From Candidatus Thermosaccharophagus tengchongensis (GTDB lineage Bacteria > Armatimonadota > Fervidibacteria > Fervidibacterales > Thermosaccharophagaceae): 64,000 nt of DNA. Below the pieces are notes generated by a model that saw only the letters and a list, made by a program, of their open reading frames with translations, did no database searches and was not told where the DNA came from. The stretch is taken from NCBI GenBank assembly GCA_032161105.1, contig JAVHTD010000016.1; one strand, written 5' to 3'. Shown here one piece after another: positions 1 through 9,237 of this stretch. Each line of letters opens with the position of its first letter. Within the stretch, counting starts at the first letter, position 1. Both the position numbers and the translations under genes were made by a program.

Positions 1-113
1 GGGCGATTTGAAATCCTCTGCTCCTCAAGAGCTATCTCAAGCTGCTCCGGCGTTATGATCCCGCCATTAATGAGCAGTTCGCCAAGCCTCGGTTTGACTT
101 TAGGTGCGCTCAT
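1..113 (-). CDS. N-terminus of a gene truncated by the window edge; GspE/MshE N-terminal-domain-like (T2SSE_N) protein
   Basis: Not in the ORF track because it runs off the window. The reverse complement reads ATG (113..111) MSAPKVKPRLGELLINGGIITPEQLEIALEEQRISNR... AAGGAGTGA (rc of 120..128) lies 6 nt upstream. The LGELL..G.IT.EQL..AL.EQ pattern is typical of GspE_N/MshEN domains. Confidence 0.5.
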   Translation of the reverse strand, partial: MSAPKVKPRLGELLINGGIITPEQLEIALEEQRISNR

Positions 114-226
114 CTGCAATCACTCCTTGCCTCCTCTTGCTTTACAGAGTTGCTTCACATCTTGCCATTCCCAAATCTTCTGCACAAGCATGCAATCAGC
201 CATTCCGAAACGGACAAAACAATGCC

Positions 227-259
227 CTTCACAGCAAGTGTTACTTCGCTTCACAGCAA
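227..259. repeat. Two copies of an 11-bp direct repeat, CTTCACAGCAA, 22 bp apart, in the gap upstream of the truncated gene
   Basis: CTTCACAGCAA occurs at 227..237 and 249..259. A partial third copy, CTTCACA, is at 153..159. All lie in the 154-nt gap between the transglutaminase stop and the next minus-strand start. Confidence 0.5.
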
Positions 260-266
260 CGCAGCT

Positions 267-2420
267 TTATCCTTCAGCATGACGCAATGCCGCCTTGAGC
301 TCACGCAAGAGCACCCGCATCAGCGAAGCGTTGTGTCGCCTTCCGCTGTAAATGGACTCGGTGAAAAGCTCAGCCATGTGCATGAATGCAGCATGCGCTT
401 TGTCTGGCAATATGCCCTTTGCGTTCATTGCGTATTCAATCGCCGTCTCGCTCGGCTTTCTCCGACGATAGCGCTTTGCGACAATCCTGCTCGCTCTATT
501 AAACAACTTCACTGCTTCACCGCGAACGCTCTTTGCACCGCCTACAAACGGAATTTTGATCTGCGTGTGCATCATAACGAAGATGGAAAATGCCAACAGC
601 GAGAGAAGCACGAGAGCAATTGAAATTGCCACATCGTGCCCCTCCCAGAGGAGTAAAAGCTTCTCTTTGAGACTGCCAAACCAATTGCCACCATCACTTT
701 CGGCAACAAAACCCAATTGTCTTGGCGGCGGTATTGAATATCCCGGGGTGGCTTCCATAGGCACCCACCCAACCGGAGGAACATACACCTCTGCCCATGC
801 GTGTGCATCTCTTTCTCTGACGATGAAGGAACGCCTTGCATCATCCCATTCGCCCATAACGAATCCGGTGGCAAGGCGCGCTGGTATCCCAACAACCCTG
901 CACAGCAAAACCATAGCCGAGGCAAAGTGAGTGCATATACCTCTCCTTGAGGAAGTGAGAAAGTAGATCACCGGGTCGCACTCATACGGTGGCAAGGGCG
1001 GTTTTTCATCGTATATGAATGTCCGCTTCAAATACCTCCTTATAGCCTGCGCTTTTTCCCACGGAGTTGTAGCTCCGGCAGTCACCTGTCTGGCTATGCT
1101 CTTTAACTGCAGTTCAATTCCGGCCGGCACTTGCAGGTAGTGTGAAAGCCTTGCAATGTCTTCTCTTGTTAGCTCCTTCCATGCGACCTCGTGCATGCTG
1201 AAAATCTTGACCCGTGACCACACATTGTATGAGAAGCCCGGTGTGACGAGTCTCCTTGAGCGTATAGTTCCAGCTGAGTCAAAGCTGAGCCACTCAAGGT
1301 CGGCGTCAACTCGCACTGGCTCAAATATTGCCGGAAGGTATGCGAGCGTGCACCGCTCAACATGAAATGTCTGCTTAACCTGCTCTGTTTGTATGGAGTC
1401 ATCTACACGGTCATCCGTTTGGTTCAGGATGAGTTCTTCACCCTTCTCCAAACACTTCGTGTGCCACTTCAGCCTTCTGCGCCATGAGCCATCTTTGTAA
1501 TAGTCGTAAGTGCTCACCCTCCAATAGGCTGGCACATTGCATTCAACTCTTATAACGACCGGGTCCGAGAGCTCGCTTATTGGGTGGCGAAGCGAAATTG
1601 AGAATCCATAGAACGAGAGGATGCTATGGGCTTTGAAAAGGTATTTTGAGAGCTGCTCAGAAATGGCAAGCTCAATTTTTGAGAGTTGCGGTAATAACTC
1701 AAATGGGCGCATGAAAGATGTGAGGGAATATGAGATGACGATTGCAAGCACAAGCACCCAACCGCTTAGTGAAAGGACGGTTCGTATGAGCGACCTGTAA
1801 AGCGCTCCCTCCCAACCCTGTATCTCAACCATTGAGGCAACGAAGCGCAGGTGAGCGCTCTGGAGAAGTGAAAACACCCCTGCAGCTAAGATGCCATACG
1901 GGATGAAAAAGAGCACAAAAGAGAGTGTCCGGCAAACCGGCAGCATGAGCGTGTAGATGCACAGCCCGAGCAAGAGCAACAGTGAAAAGTCAATCGGGTC
2001 AATCAACTGCATGTGCTTTAAAGCGGCAAGCGTGAGTATGAATGCCATCAGTAGCGATATAGCATCCTGAACCGATATGGCGATGGAGCTATGTGGATGC
2101 ACGATGAGTTGCCACAATGTGATGCCGAGCTCCCTCTTGAGATCCAAAATCAGAATGGCAAACGCGTAAACCAGGATAACGCCACTTAGCATCCTCCTCG
2201 GAAGGACATTGGTATGCACAAGGTAGAAGCTCACCCCGGCCCCAAGAAGAGCTATTATGAGCGAGCGCATTACTACGCTCTCCGAGATAAAACCATGCCA
2301 CATTGCAGTAAATGCGGATGCCGCAAAACAAAGGAATGCAAGCGTATAGAGAGCCACACGCTCAACAACGCGCAAAGCCTGTATGAGTGAATTCACCTTC
2401 AAACCATTTGCCTCAGACAT
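267..2420 (-). CDS. Transglutaminase-like membrane protein (TgpA-type: multi-TM N-terminus plus transglutaminase core)
   Basis: 717-aa ORF with a hydrophobic multi-TM N-terminal half. Core motifs are GICTHFAS (Cys), DAHAWAEVY (His) and GWVPMEATPG. It overlaps the upstream DUF58 gene by 8 nt. ACGGAGTG lies upstream of the ATG. Confidence 0.85.
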   Translation of the reverse strand: MSEANGLKVNSLIQALRVVERVALYTLAFLCFAASAFTAMWHGFISESVVMRSLIIALLGAGVSFYLVHTNVLPRRMLSGVILVYAFAILILDLKRELGITLWQLIVHPHSSIAISVQDAISLLMAFILTLAALKHMQLIDPIDFSLLLLLGLCIYTLMLPVCRTLSFVLFFIPYGILAAGVFSLLQSAHLRFVASMVEIQGWEGALYRSLIRTVLSLSGWVLVLAIVISYSLTSFMRPFELLPQLSKIELAISEQLSKYLFKAHSILSFYGFSISLRHPISELSDPVVIRVECNVPAYWRVSTYDYYKDGSWRRRLKWHTKCLEKGEELILNQTDDRVDDSIQTEQVKQTFHVERCTLAYLPAIFEPVRVDADLEWLSFDSAGTIRSRRLVTPGFSYNVWSRVKIFSMHEVAWKELTREDIARLSHYLQVPAGIELQLKSIARQVTAGATTPWEKAQAIRRYLKRTFIYDEKPPLPPYECDPVIYFLTSSRRGICTHFASAMVLLCRVVGIPARLATGFVMGEWDDARRSFIVRERDAHAWAEVYVPPVGWVPMEATPGYSIPPPRQLGFVAESDGGNWFGSLKEKLLLLWEGHDVAISIALVLLSLLAFSIFVMMHTQIKIPFVGGAKSVRGEAVKLFNRASRIVAKRYRRRKPSETAIEYAMNAKGILPDKAHAAFMHMAELFTESIYSGRRHNASLMRVLLRELKAALRHAEG

Positions 2421-3699
2421 GACCGTGCACTCCGTGAACCATCAACACAGAACTTAAGCATGCCTTTAATGTCGGCAGAAGCTCGTTTGAGCTGCGCACA
2501 GCGAAGTATTTGACATGGTGAGTTTCAGCAAGTGTGGGAGAATGCTCATCGCTGTTGCATGCGCAGAAATGCACAATGATGCCACCCGATGCCCGCGTCT
2601 GGGCACCGCATATGCGTGAAAGCTTTTCCAACGCATCGGAAACAGCACTACAGGTTACGAGAAATATGGCAAAGCCAATTGGGTGAGAGCGATTAAACGA
2701 GCTGCCAATGTTTATCGGCAGGGAGGCTTCACGATATGTCAGCCTCGCCAACCGCTCAAGGAGCATAATTGCATCGCCGCTTCTCTTTCCCCTCATCCGA
2801 ACCTCCCATGCCCCAGTTAACGCATTCACATTACACCCCGCATTGTTCAGCGAGATTGCAAGTGTTGCCATGAACCTGATCATGTGCTCAAGCAGCGGCT
2901 CATCATCCCATGCGCTGTTTGTTTCGGCTCCATCGGGAGCGATGAGCGAGAGCATGCACGGCGCCATCCCATAATGCTCAAGCACCTTAACGATGAGCTC
3001 ACCGCGCCTTGCGCTGCACATCCAGTGAACGAACCTCAGATCATCCGTTGGAGCATACTCTCTCACACCACGATAGTCAAATGGATCACGAATAGCAAAT
3101 GCCTTTGCAAAGGCTGGGTTTGAACTCATAATGGTTTCGGGCTCGCAAAGGAGTCTTGGATAAACGACGCAGCTCCCATCACAGCCATACTCCCGCTCAA
3201 ACGAGAAGATGCCGAGTGGGCTGTCGCAAGCGAGCGTAAAACGCTCAATCTTATTCTCGCCGCGCTTCAGCCCATGAATGGACACGACCGCATCAGCGGA
3301 TTGCTCGCCAGCGATTGATGGGATAAACCAAACACTGCTCTGCCCAAAGTTGAGCGTCTTATTCAGGATGGTGATGTGAAACAGGAAGTTGAGCTTTGAC
3401 AGAGAGCCATGGTTGGTGAGCTTCAGATGCAAGTCGGCATTCTGACCCTCCCACAACCTGAGCTTCGGATATTGCAACCTGCATGTCACTCCACTCATGT
3501 TCACCAAGCCAAGCATAAAACTCACGAGCGGCACAAACAACAAGATGCGAGAGATGAAATGGGCTGGCTCGCTATCGTTGCTGACCCCAACAAGGTATAG
3601 CGCCAAGCCAAGCGTAAGAAAGGACGCCATTGTCCCCCACCGAATCCTCACCCTGCCCCTCAAAGCTCGCCGACTCGGTGGCATGCCTTTTATTCCCAT
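2413..3699 (-). CDS. DUF58 domain protein (vWA-like partner of MoxR ATPases)
   Basis: 428-aa ORF with two N-terminal TM helices. The DUF58 signature DDLRFVHWMCSARRGELIV is present. It sits between MoxR and the transglutaminase, which is the classic arrangement. Confidence 0.8.
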   Translation of the reverse strand: MGIKGMPPSRRALRGRVRIRWGTMASFLTLGLALYLVGVSNDSEPAHFISRILLFVPLVSFMLGLVNMSGVTCRLQYPKLRLWEGQNADLHLKLTNHGSLSKLNFLFHITILNKTLNFGQSSVWFIPSIAGEQSADAVVSIHGLKRGENKIERFTLACDSPLGIFSFEREYGCDGSCVVYPRLLCEPETIMSSNPAFAKAFAIRDPFDYRGVREYAPTDDLRFVHWMCSARRGELIVKVLEHYGMAPCMLSLIAPDGAETNSAWDDEPLLEHMIRFMATLAISLNNAGCNVNALTGAWEVRMRGKRSGDAIMLLERLARLTYREASLPINIGSSFNRSHPIGFAIFLVTCSAVSDALEKLSRICGAQTRASGGIIVHFCACNSDEHSPTLAETHHVKYFAVRSSNELLPTLKACLSSVLMVHGVHGHV

Positions 3700-3933
3700 C
3701 TGCCATAACCCCCATCACTCTGTTGACTGTAAGTGACCTTCACCACATCCAGTTGCAGCAGTTTAAGCCGACTCAATTCTGTTTGAGCTCGTCACCTTAG
3801 CATTCGCTTGTGGAGGCGAGCTGTGGTGGCAGATGACAGCCCATCTGCAAAACCGCTTTGCGCAAGTAAAGCCAATCCACATACAGGCGGTTTAACAACT
3901 GCCCCTACATTCAACTGCGCAGCTCCTATCGGT

Positions 3934-4875
3934 TTAAAGCGTGTCTGGCACTGGGATGAGGTCAAGCATCTCAGCAACAATCTGTTCTGCAACCAAACCC
4001 TCAGCTTGGTATATCGGTTTGACGATGAGACGGTGCGCAAGCACATCAATTGCAAGCGCCTTTATGTCATCGGGCGCAACATAATCCCTGCCATATATTG
4101 CCGCTCTTGCTTGAGCGGTGCGTGTGAGGAATAGAGAACCTCTCGGGCTTGCACCAAGCAGTAAGCGTTCGTCCTTCCTCGTTTGATGAATTATGCGCAG
4201 CACATATCCGTAGATCAAATCGCTCACAAATACTTCCCTCACCTCCCTCTGCATCTCCAGCACTTCATGCGCATCCGTAACCGGATGAAGCGCCTCAAGC
4301 GGGTGCGTCAAGCGCTGCTCAATTAGCACTTGCTTTTCCTCATCTGGGTTCGGGTAGCCGAGCCTCAAGCGCATGCAAAACCGGTCAACTTGCGATTCTG
4401 GAAGCACGAAGATGCCCTCGGGCTCAATTGGGTTCTGCGTGGCAATGATGAAGAACGGTTGCGGCAACTGGTAGGTGACACCATCAACTGTGACTTGATG
4501 CTCATCCATACACTCAAGCAGGCTTGATTGCGTTTTTGGTGATGCCCTGTTTATCTCATCGGCGAGCACTATGTTGGCGAATATTGGACCCGGTCGGAAG
4601 ACGAATCTGCCATCATGAAAGAGATACACATTTGTGCCAATGATGTCCGATGGTAGAAGGTCAGGCGTGCATTGTATCCGCTTGAATGTGCACCCGAGTG
4701 ATTTTGCGAGTGCCTTTGCGAAAGTCGTCTTGCCGACACCGGGAATATCCTCAAGCAGGATATGTCCACCTGCCAACAACGCTATGATCGCCTTCTCAAT
4801 CACATCGTCTTTTCCGATAATGACCTTCTTCACTGCCTCCTTTACCTTCTGCGCCCAGCTTTTTACATCCCTCAT
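3934..4875 (-). CDS. MoxR-family AAA+ ATPase
   Basis: Walker A is LEDIPGVGKTTFAKAL and Walker B is NIVLADEINRASPKTQSSLLE. The MoxR-type ...IIATQNPIEPEGIFVLPESQVDRF motif is also present. The ORF track starts at GTG 4887, which has no SD. ATG 4875 (MRDVKSW) follows GTGGTG plus 6 nt. Confidence 0.92.
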   Translation of the reverse strand: MRDVKSWAQKVKEAVKKVIIGKDDVIEKAIIALLAGGHILLEDIPGVGKTTFAKALAKSLGCTFKRIQCTPDLLPSDIIGTNVYLFHDGRFVFRPGPIFANIVLADEINRASPKTQSSLLECMDEHQVTVDGVTYQLPQPFFIIATQNPIEPEGIFVLPESQVDRFCMRLRLGYPNPDEEKQVLIEQRLTHPLEALHPVTDAHEVLEMQREVREVFVSDLIYGYVLRIIHQTRKDERLLLGASPRGSLFLTRTAQARAAIYGRDYVAPDDIKALAIDVLAHRLIVKPIYQAEGLVAEQIVAEMLDLIPVPDTL

Positions 4876-4923
4876 TTGAAACACCACACGCGCCGTATCT
4901 CATGCCCAAGCGCATCAACTGCT

Positions 4924-5013
4924 CTAACTCTTACGGCTGCGTATAAGCGAAGATATAAGCCACAGCGCCACAGCCAGCGCAAGTATCACCATTGCGATTT
5001 CAAATGGACCCAT
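4924..5013 (-). CDS. Candidate 29-aa single-TM micro-protein (below the ORF-track cutoff)
   Basis: The reverse complement reads ATG GGT CCA ... = MGPFEIAMVILALAVALWLISSLIRSRKS*. GGTGAGGGTGA lies immediately upstream. The ORF sits between the DUF151 gene and MoxR on the same strand. There is no homology evidence. Confidence 0.3.
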   Translation of the reverse strand: MGPFEIAMVILALAVALWLISSLIRSRKS

Positions 5014-5060
5014 TCACCCTCACCACTTGCTTGCGTCCTTTCCTCCGTCGCTGCTGCAGC

Positions 5061-5765
5061 TCATGTTCTCTTTGACTGACCGCCTTCGCTTTCGCCCATC
5101 GGTTCCATGAAACTCGCCACTTGAGGAGTCAGGTAAACTGGGGAGTTAGTCCGCAACGCAAGCGCAATGCTGTCGCTCGGGCGGGCATCAATCTCTTGGA
5201 CTCTACCAGCGCCCTTTAAAACTATGCTCGCATAGTATGTCTGCGCCTCCATCTTGTTGATGACGACGCGTAGAACCTCTCCGTTTAACGCCTTGATCAC
5301 TGTGGTGAGCAAGTCGTGTGTCATTGGGCGAGGCGGTTTCTTCCCAGAGAGAGCCATAGCGATGGCGAGCGCTTCCGAAGACCCAATCCATATCGGCAAA
5401 TACTTCCGTGAGCCCTTGTCAACGAGCAAAACGACCGGCTCACCAACTTTGTCAGTGACAACGCCGCTAACCTCAACGCGGATATAGTCGGATGGAACTA
5501 CCTCCGGTTCCTTCTGCCCCGCCTTTGTAGCTACCTTACGGCTTCCAATGGCGTTGGCTTTGACCTGCTGTTCATCCCCCTTTGCCGCTCCAATTTGGTT
5601 TTTAACATTTGCGCCCTTGCCCCATCCCATGCGCTGCAGGAAAGGCGACATGGCATCTTCAAGTTTTTTCCATAACGACATTGCGACTGCCGCACCAAAC
5701 AGAGCTGCAAGTGAACATGCCTTCATAAATTCCCTCCTCCACATGCGCTGCCTGATGTTGAGCAT
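5061..5765 (-). CDS. Bifunctional-nuclease-domain (DUF151/BFN) protein with an N-terminal hydrophobic anchor or signal
   Basis: BFN core: LPIWIGSSEALAIAMALSGKKPPRPMTHDLL ... YYASIVL ... EIDARPSDSIALALR. The N-terminus MKACSLAALFGAAVAMSLW is hydrophobic. AGAGGGGTGG lies 5 nt upstream of ATG 5765. Confidence 0.85.
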   Translation of the reverse strand: MLNIRQRMWRREFMKACSLAALFGAAVAMSLWKKLEDAMSPFLQRMGWGKGANVKNQIGAAKGDEQQVKANAIGSRKVATKAGQKEPEVVPSDYIRVEVSGVVTDKVGEPVVLLVDKGSRKYLPIWIGSSEALAIAMALSGKKPPRPMTHDLLTTVIKALNGEVLRVVINKMEAQTYYASIVLKGAGRVQEIDARPSDSIALALRTNSPVYLTPQVASFMEPMGESEGGQSKRT

Positions 5766-5829
5766 TTAAACCACCCCTCTTTGGCCGAGTTTCATAGCCC
5801 GCCATAAGTGGCATTATGCTATTATAAGC

Positions 5830-7944
5830 TTGGCGCAGAGCTCAGTTAATGTGCTTGTGTTTGGAGAGGAGTCCAAGCCGCGCCTCCGTCACATCTTCAA
5901 TGCGTTGAGAAAGCAGGCACCCAAGCTCGTCTCATTGCAAGCTTGTGTGCCTGCTACACCGATGGAGGCATTTTCATCTATGGCAAGAAAGCAATTGATT
6001 GAGGTGAGCGTGGAAAAGAAAGAACGAGAACTTCTGGCAACGCCTAAGGCACTCCTATTAGCCTTTGCTCTCGTCATCGGAATAACGGTTGCAGGTTGCT
6101 TTTCGGCATACTTGCGTTACGACCTAATTGGCACCGGTCATCTGCCACGCTGTGCGCTTTTCCCGATAATGGTGCTCACGCTCCTCAATAGCCTATGCAA
6201 GCGCCTCCTCGGCAGGGCAATCCTATCGCAATCCGAACTGCTCTTCATCTATTGCACGGTGCTCGTCATGACGGGCATACCGGGTCAACAATATGCCGAT
6301 TACCTCTACCTCGGTCTTTTAGCGCCAGTGTATTACTCGCATCCGAGAAACATGCCGGAGCTGCTCCAATACGATGTCCCGAATTGGCTCGCCTACATAC
6401 CAAGCTGCTTTTTGCCCTCAAAAGACCCGCGCAGTGGGGTCATAGCATGGGCATTTGAAGGTATGTCCGAGGGTGCAAAGATACCGTGGCAACCTTGGGT
6501 CATCCCATTGATGGTGTGGACGATATTTTATGCAGCACTGTTCTATGCAGCGATAGGGATTGCCACCGTGTTACGCAAACAGTGGGTTGAAAATGAGAAG
6601 CTTGTCTTCCCACTCGCCCAAGTCCCAATTGAAGTTGCAGATGAGGTTCGCTTGGGAGCTCTGGTGCGTAACCCGCTGATGTGGGTTTGTTTCATGATCC
6701 CTACCTTCATTTACACCGTGCGTGCCATTCACATTTACTTCCCGAGCTTCCCCAACATCAACATCTACAGAAACTTTGGCGTCCTGTTCAGCGGGCGACC
6801 TTGGGATGTGCTCAACTATATGCCGCTTAACTACTACTTTGACATGATCGGAATCACATACCTTATCACGACCGATGTCGGCTTCAGCTTCTGGTTCTTT
6901 TACATCGTTAGGAGGATGCAAATGGTCGTAAGGTCAGCTCTCGGTTTGACGGACTTTTATGTCCCGCTTGAGTTTCAGACCATCGGCGGGCTGCTCGCTC
7001 TATTCGCCATGCAAGTGTGGGTGGCGAGAGGATACTTAAGGGAGTTCATCACAGCAGCTTTACACCGAGAGGGAAAAGGCAGTGCGAATCAGACAAGGGT
7101 ATCGCCGCGCACAGCGCTCCTCATCATTTCCATCAGCTTTGTTGTTCTCCTTTTATTTGCGCGCGCCATTAACCTATCGCTGCATTGGGCTATGCTGCTT
7201 TTCGCCATCCACTTTATCTGGAGGATACTCGTTGCACGAATGGTGGCTGAGGCTGGTCTCTTTGTCTTCTGGACACCATCACCACACACATTTATCGTCA
7301 GGGCATTCGGAAAGGATGTAATCGGTCCGAAGAACATCACCGGGCTCAACATGATCGGTTCAAAGCTGAACGACTCCGCAACATGCGTATTGGCTCAAGC
7401 TGTTCAGACAATGAAGATAGCCAATGCAGCTCGCCTGAACGAAATTCAAGTCCTCAAATTGACGATGGCATCGGTGCTCATTTCCATGCTCGCATGCCAC
7501 CCAACATGCATTCACATACTCTACACAACACCAATACCAAAGATGGGTTGGTGGACAAGGGGCTATCCAGCTGGTATGGCTCGCACACTGCTCAACCAGC
7601 TCGTGCAAGACCAGAAAATGAAAACGGGTGACTACATCTCGCTCCTCTCCGGAGGCATCGTCACAATTGCGCTGTGCATGCTCAGGTGGCGTTTCCTCTG
7701 GTGGCCATTCCACCCACTCGGGTATGTGGCAGTAAATGGGACTTGGTTTGGCGACAGGTATGGCTTCAGCATCTTCTTCGGGTGGGTGATCAAGGCGATG
7801 ACGCTGTGGTTTGGCGGGATAAGGCTCTGGCAAATGCTCAGACCTGCCGCAATGGGCTTGATACTCGGAAACACCTTTATCCTCTTCCTGCTGTTGCTCC
7901 TTCACTTCTTCAAGCCGACAAATGAGGTCGTCGTCATTGAGTGA
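5830..7944 (+). CDS. Large polytopic membrane protein, paralog A of a three-member family of unknown function (possibly the DUF6785/DUF6784 type)
   Basis: The 704-aa ORF begins at TTG 5830. A more likely start is ATG 5980 (MARKQLIEV), which follows GGAGGC. It has many predicted TM segments. It shares the motifs EKLVFPLAQVPIE, YFPSFPN, ITTDVGFSFWFFY and FHPLGYV with the ORFs at 9238 and 15636. Confidence 0.8.
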   Translation: MAQSSVNVLVFGEESKPRLRHIFNALRKQAPKLVSLQACVPATPMEAFSSMARKQLIEVSVEKKERELLATPKALLLAFALVIGITVAGCFSAYLRYDLIGTGHLPRCALFPIMVLTLLNSLCKRLLGRAILSQSELLFIYCTVLVMTGIPGQQYADYLYLGLLAPVYYSHPRNMPELLQYDVPNWLAYIPSCFLPSKDPRSGVIAWAFEGMSEGAKIPWQPWVIPLMVWTIFYAALFYAAIGIATVLRKQWVENEKLVFPLAQVPIEVADEVRLGALVRNPLMWVCFMIPTFIYTVRAIHIYFPSFPNINIYRNFGVLFSGRPWDVLNYMPLNYYFDMIGITYLITTDVGFSFWFFYIVRRMQMVVRSALGLTDFYVPLEFQTIGGLLALFAMQVWVARGYLREFITAALHREGKGSANQTRVSPRTALLIISISFVVLLLFARAINLSLHWAMLLFAIHFIWRILVARMVAEAGLFVFWTPSPHTFIVRAFGKDVIGPKNITGLNMIGSKLNDSATCVLAQAVQTMKIANAARLNEIQVLKLTMASVLISMLACHPTCIHILYTTPIPKMGWWTRGYPAGMARTLLNQLVQDQKMKTGDYISLLSGGIVTIALCMLRWRFLWWPFHPLGYVAVNGTWFGDRYGFSIFFGWVIKAMTLWFGGIRLWQMLRPAAMGLILGNTFILFLLLLLHFFKPTNEVVVIE

Positions 7945-7970
7945 TTTCAATTGCGCCCTACCAAACACCG

Positions 7971-9092
7971 TCATGCGAAATACCTTCCATGCTCCTCAAC
8001 CGTTTCAACCATTGCCTTCAAATTCTCCCACTTGGCATCTGCGGGAACTTCATCACCCGTGACGAGTATGTAGGCGCCGCCTTCCATGCCCTCTGCAAGG
8101 CATCTCAATGTCTCCCTGCGCGCATCCTCAACCGTGCCGAATGAAAGCACGACACAGTTAAAGTTGCCCATGATGCAAACCCTGTCACCATACAATCGCT
8201 TTGCCTCACACAATGTTATGTCGCCTTGATTTGGTTCAAATGTCTCAATGAAGTGGACACCGGTGTCAACGAGCATTGGGAGAAGCTCCCTCACTCTGCC
8301 GAGCGTATACAAGCCGAGATACTTCCCACGCGTGCCCCTTACAAGCTCCATAGCTGCAACCACATCAGGGAGCACCCATCGTTCAAACATCTTCGGGCTC
8401 ATATTAGCCCCGGTTGCCCAGCAGATGTCAAGCCATGCAACTTCGGCTGGTGAGGCTATGAATGCTTCAACATACTTTAGCATCACTTGCCTGCCTATCC
8501 GCATCACCTCCTCCATCGTATCCGGGCAATCAAAGAGGTCAAACAATAAATCCTGCATCCCACGAGCCTCCCCAGCCATCGTGAAAGCTGGCACAAGACC
8601 AACACTTGCAATGCCATCCTCACCCATAACGGCTACTGCCTCCTTCACCGCTTCAAACTCAAACCCCTTAACCGATGAGAGCCACCGCTCATGGTAATCA
8701 ATCCACACTCCCCAGTCGTCGGTTGACTTGACCGGATATTCAACTGTCTTCCCGACGAGTGGGTCATGAGGTATCATTCCGCTGATGTGCTTTCCAAAAA
8801 GCGCTTTCTTCGGCGTCCTCAAGACTATCTCGCTGATGATGCGCCCACCCGACTCGGTTGAAATAACCCTTCTACCATACTCCCATCCTTCGGGCATCAT
8901 AACGGATACGCTGACACCCAATGGACCACGAAAATAAATGCTGCCCAGCATCTGATGGACCTCAAATACTGCCCTCCAATCGGACCTCCCAAGAAGCTTG
9001 TGCGCATAACGGCTGTGTATCAATGGAGCTACAGGAACGATATCCGGAACGCCACGGCGCAATGCCGTCATGAAACGCTCCCTCTTCGTCAT
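7971..9092 (-). CDS. Uroporphyrinogen-decarboxylase (URO-D) fold family protein, not in a haem-synthesis context
   Basis: The N-terminus MTKRERFMTALRRGVPDIVPVAP is typical of URO-D/MtaA-like proteins. The length and the C-terminal ...VTGDEVPADAKWENLKAMVETVEEHG also fit. Start refined to ATG 9092, which follows GAGGGTGA plus 5 nt. Confidence 0.8.
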   Translation of the reverse strand: MTKRERFMTALRRGVPDIVPVAPLIHSRYAHKLLGRSDWRAVFEVHQMLGSIYFRGPLGVSVSVMMPEGWEYGRRVISTESGGRIISEIVLRTPKKALFGKHISGMIPHDPLVGKTVEYPVKSTDDWGVWIDYHERWLSSVKGFEFEAVKEAVAVMGEDGIASVGLVPAFTMAGEARGMQDLLFDLFDCPDTMEEVMRIGRQVMLKYVEAFIASPAEVAWLDICWATGANMSPKMFERWVLPDVVAAMELVRGTRGKYLGLYTLGRVRELLPMLVDTGVHFIETFEPNQGDITLCEAKRLYGDRVCIMGNFNCVVLSFGTVEDARRETLRCLAEGMEGGAYILVTGDEVPADAKWENLKAMVETVEEHGRYFA

Positions 9093-9237
9093 GCCCATCA
9101 CCCTCAATCTGATTCAATGAAACTCACCGGAACGATAAGTTAGGGCGCACCGATGAGCCGCCTTGCGTATCATTGTAGTAGTTGCAGTGTTGAACTTGTA
9201 AGGTCAAATTTTTGTAGCGAAGCTGCCTTTAAGCACG

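Noticed and set aside
7360-7974. A 204-aa minus-strand ORF, plus several 80-115 aa ORFs inside 5830..7944.
   Set aside because: They are antisense to, or out of frame with, membrane paralog A, which is supported by three-way paralog conservation.
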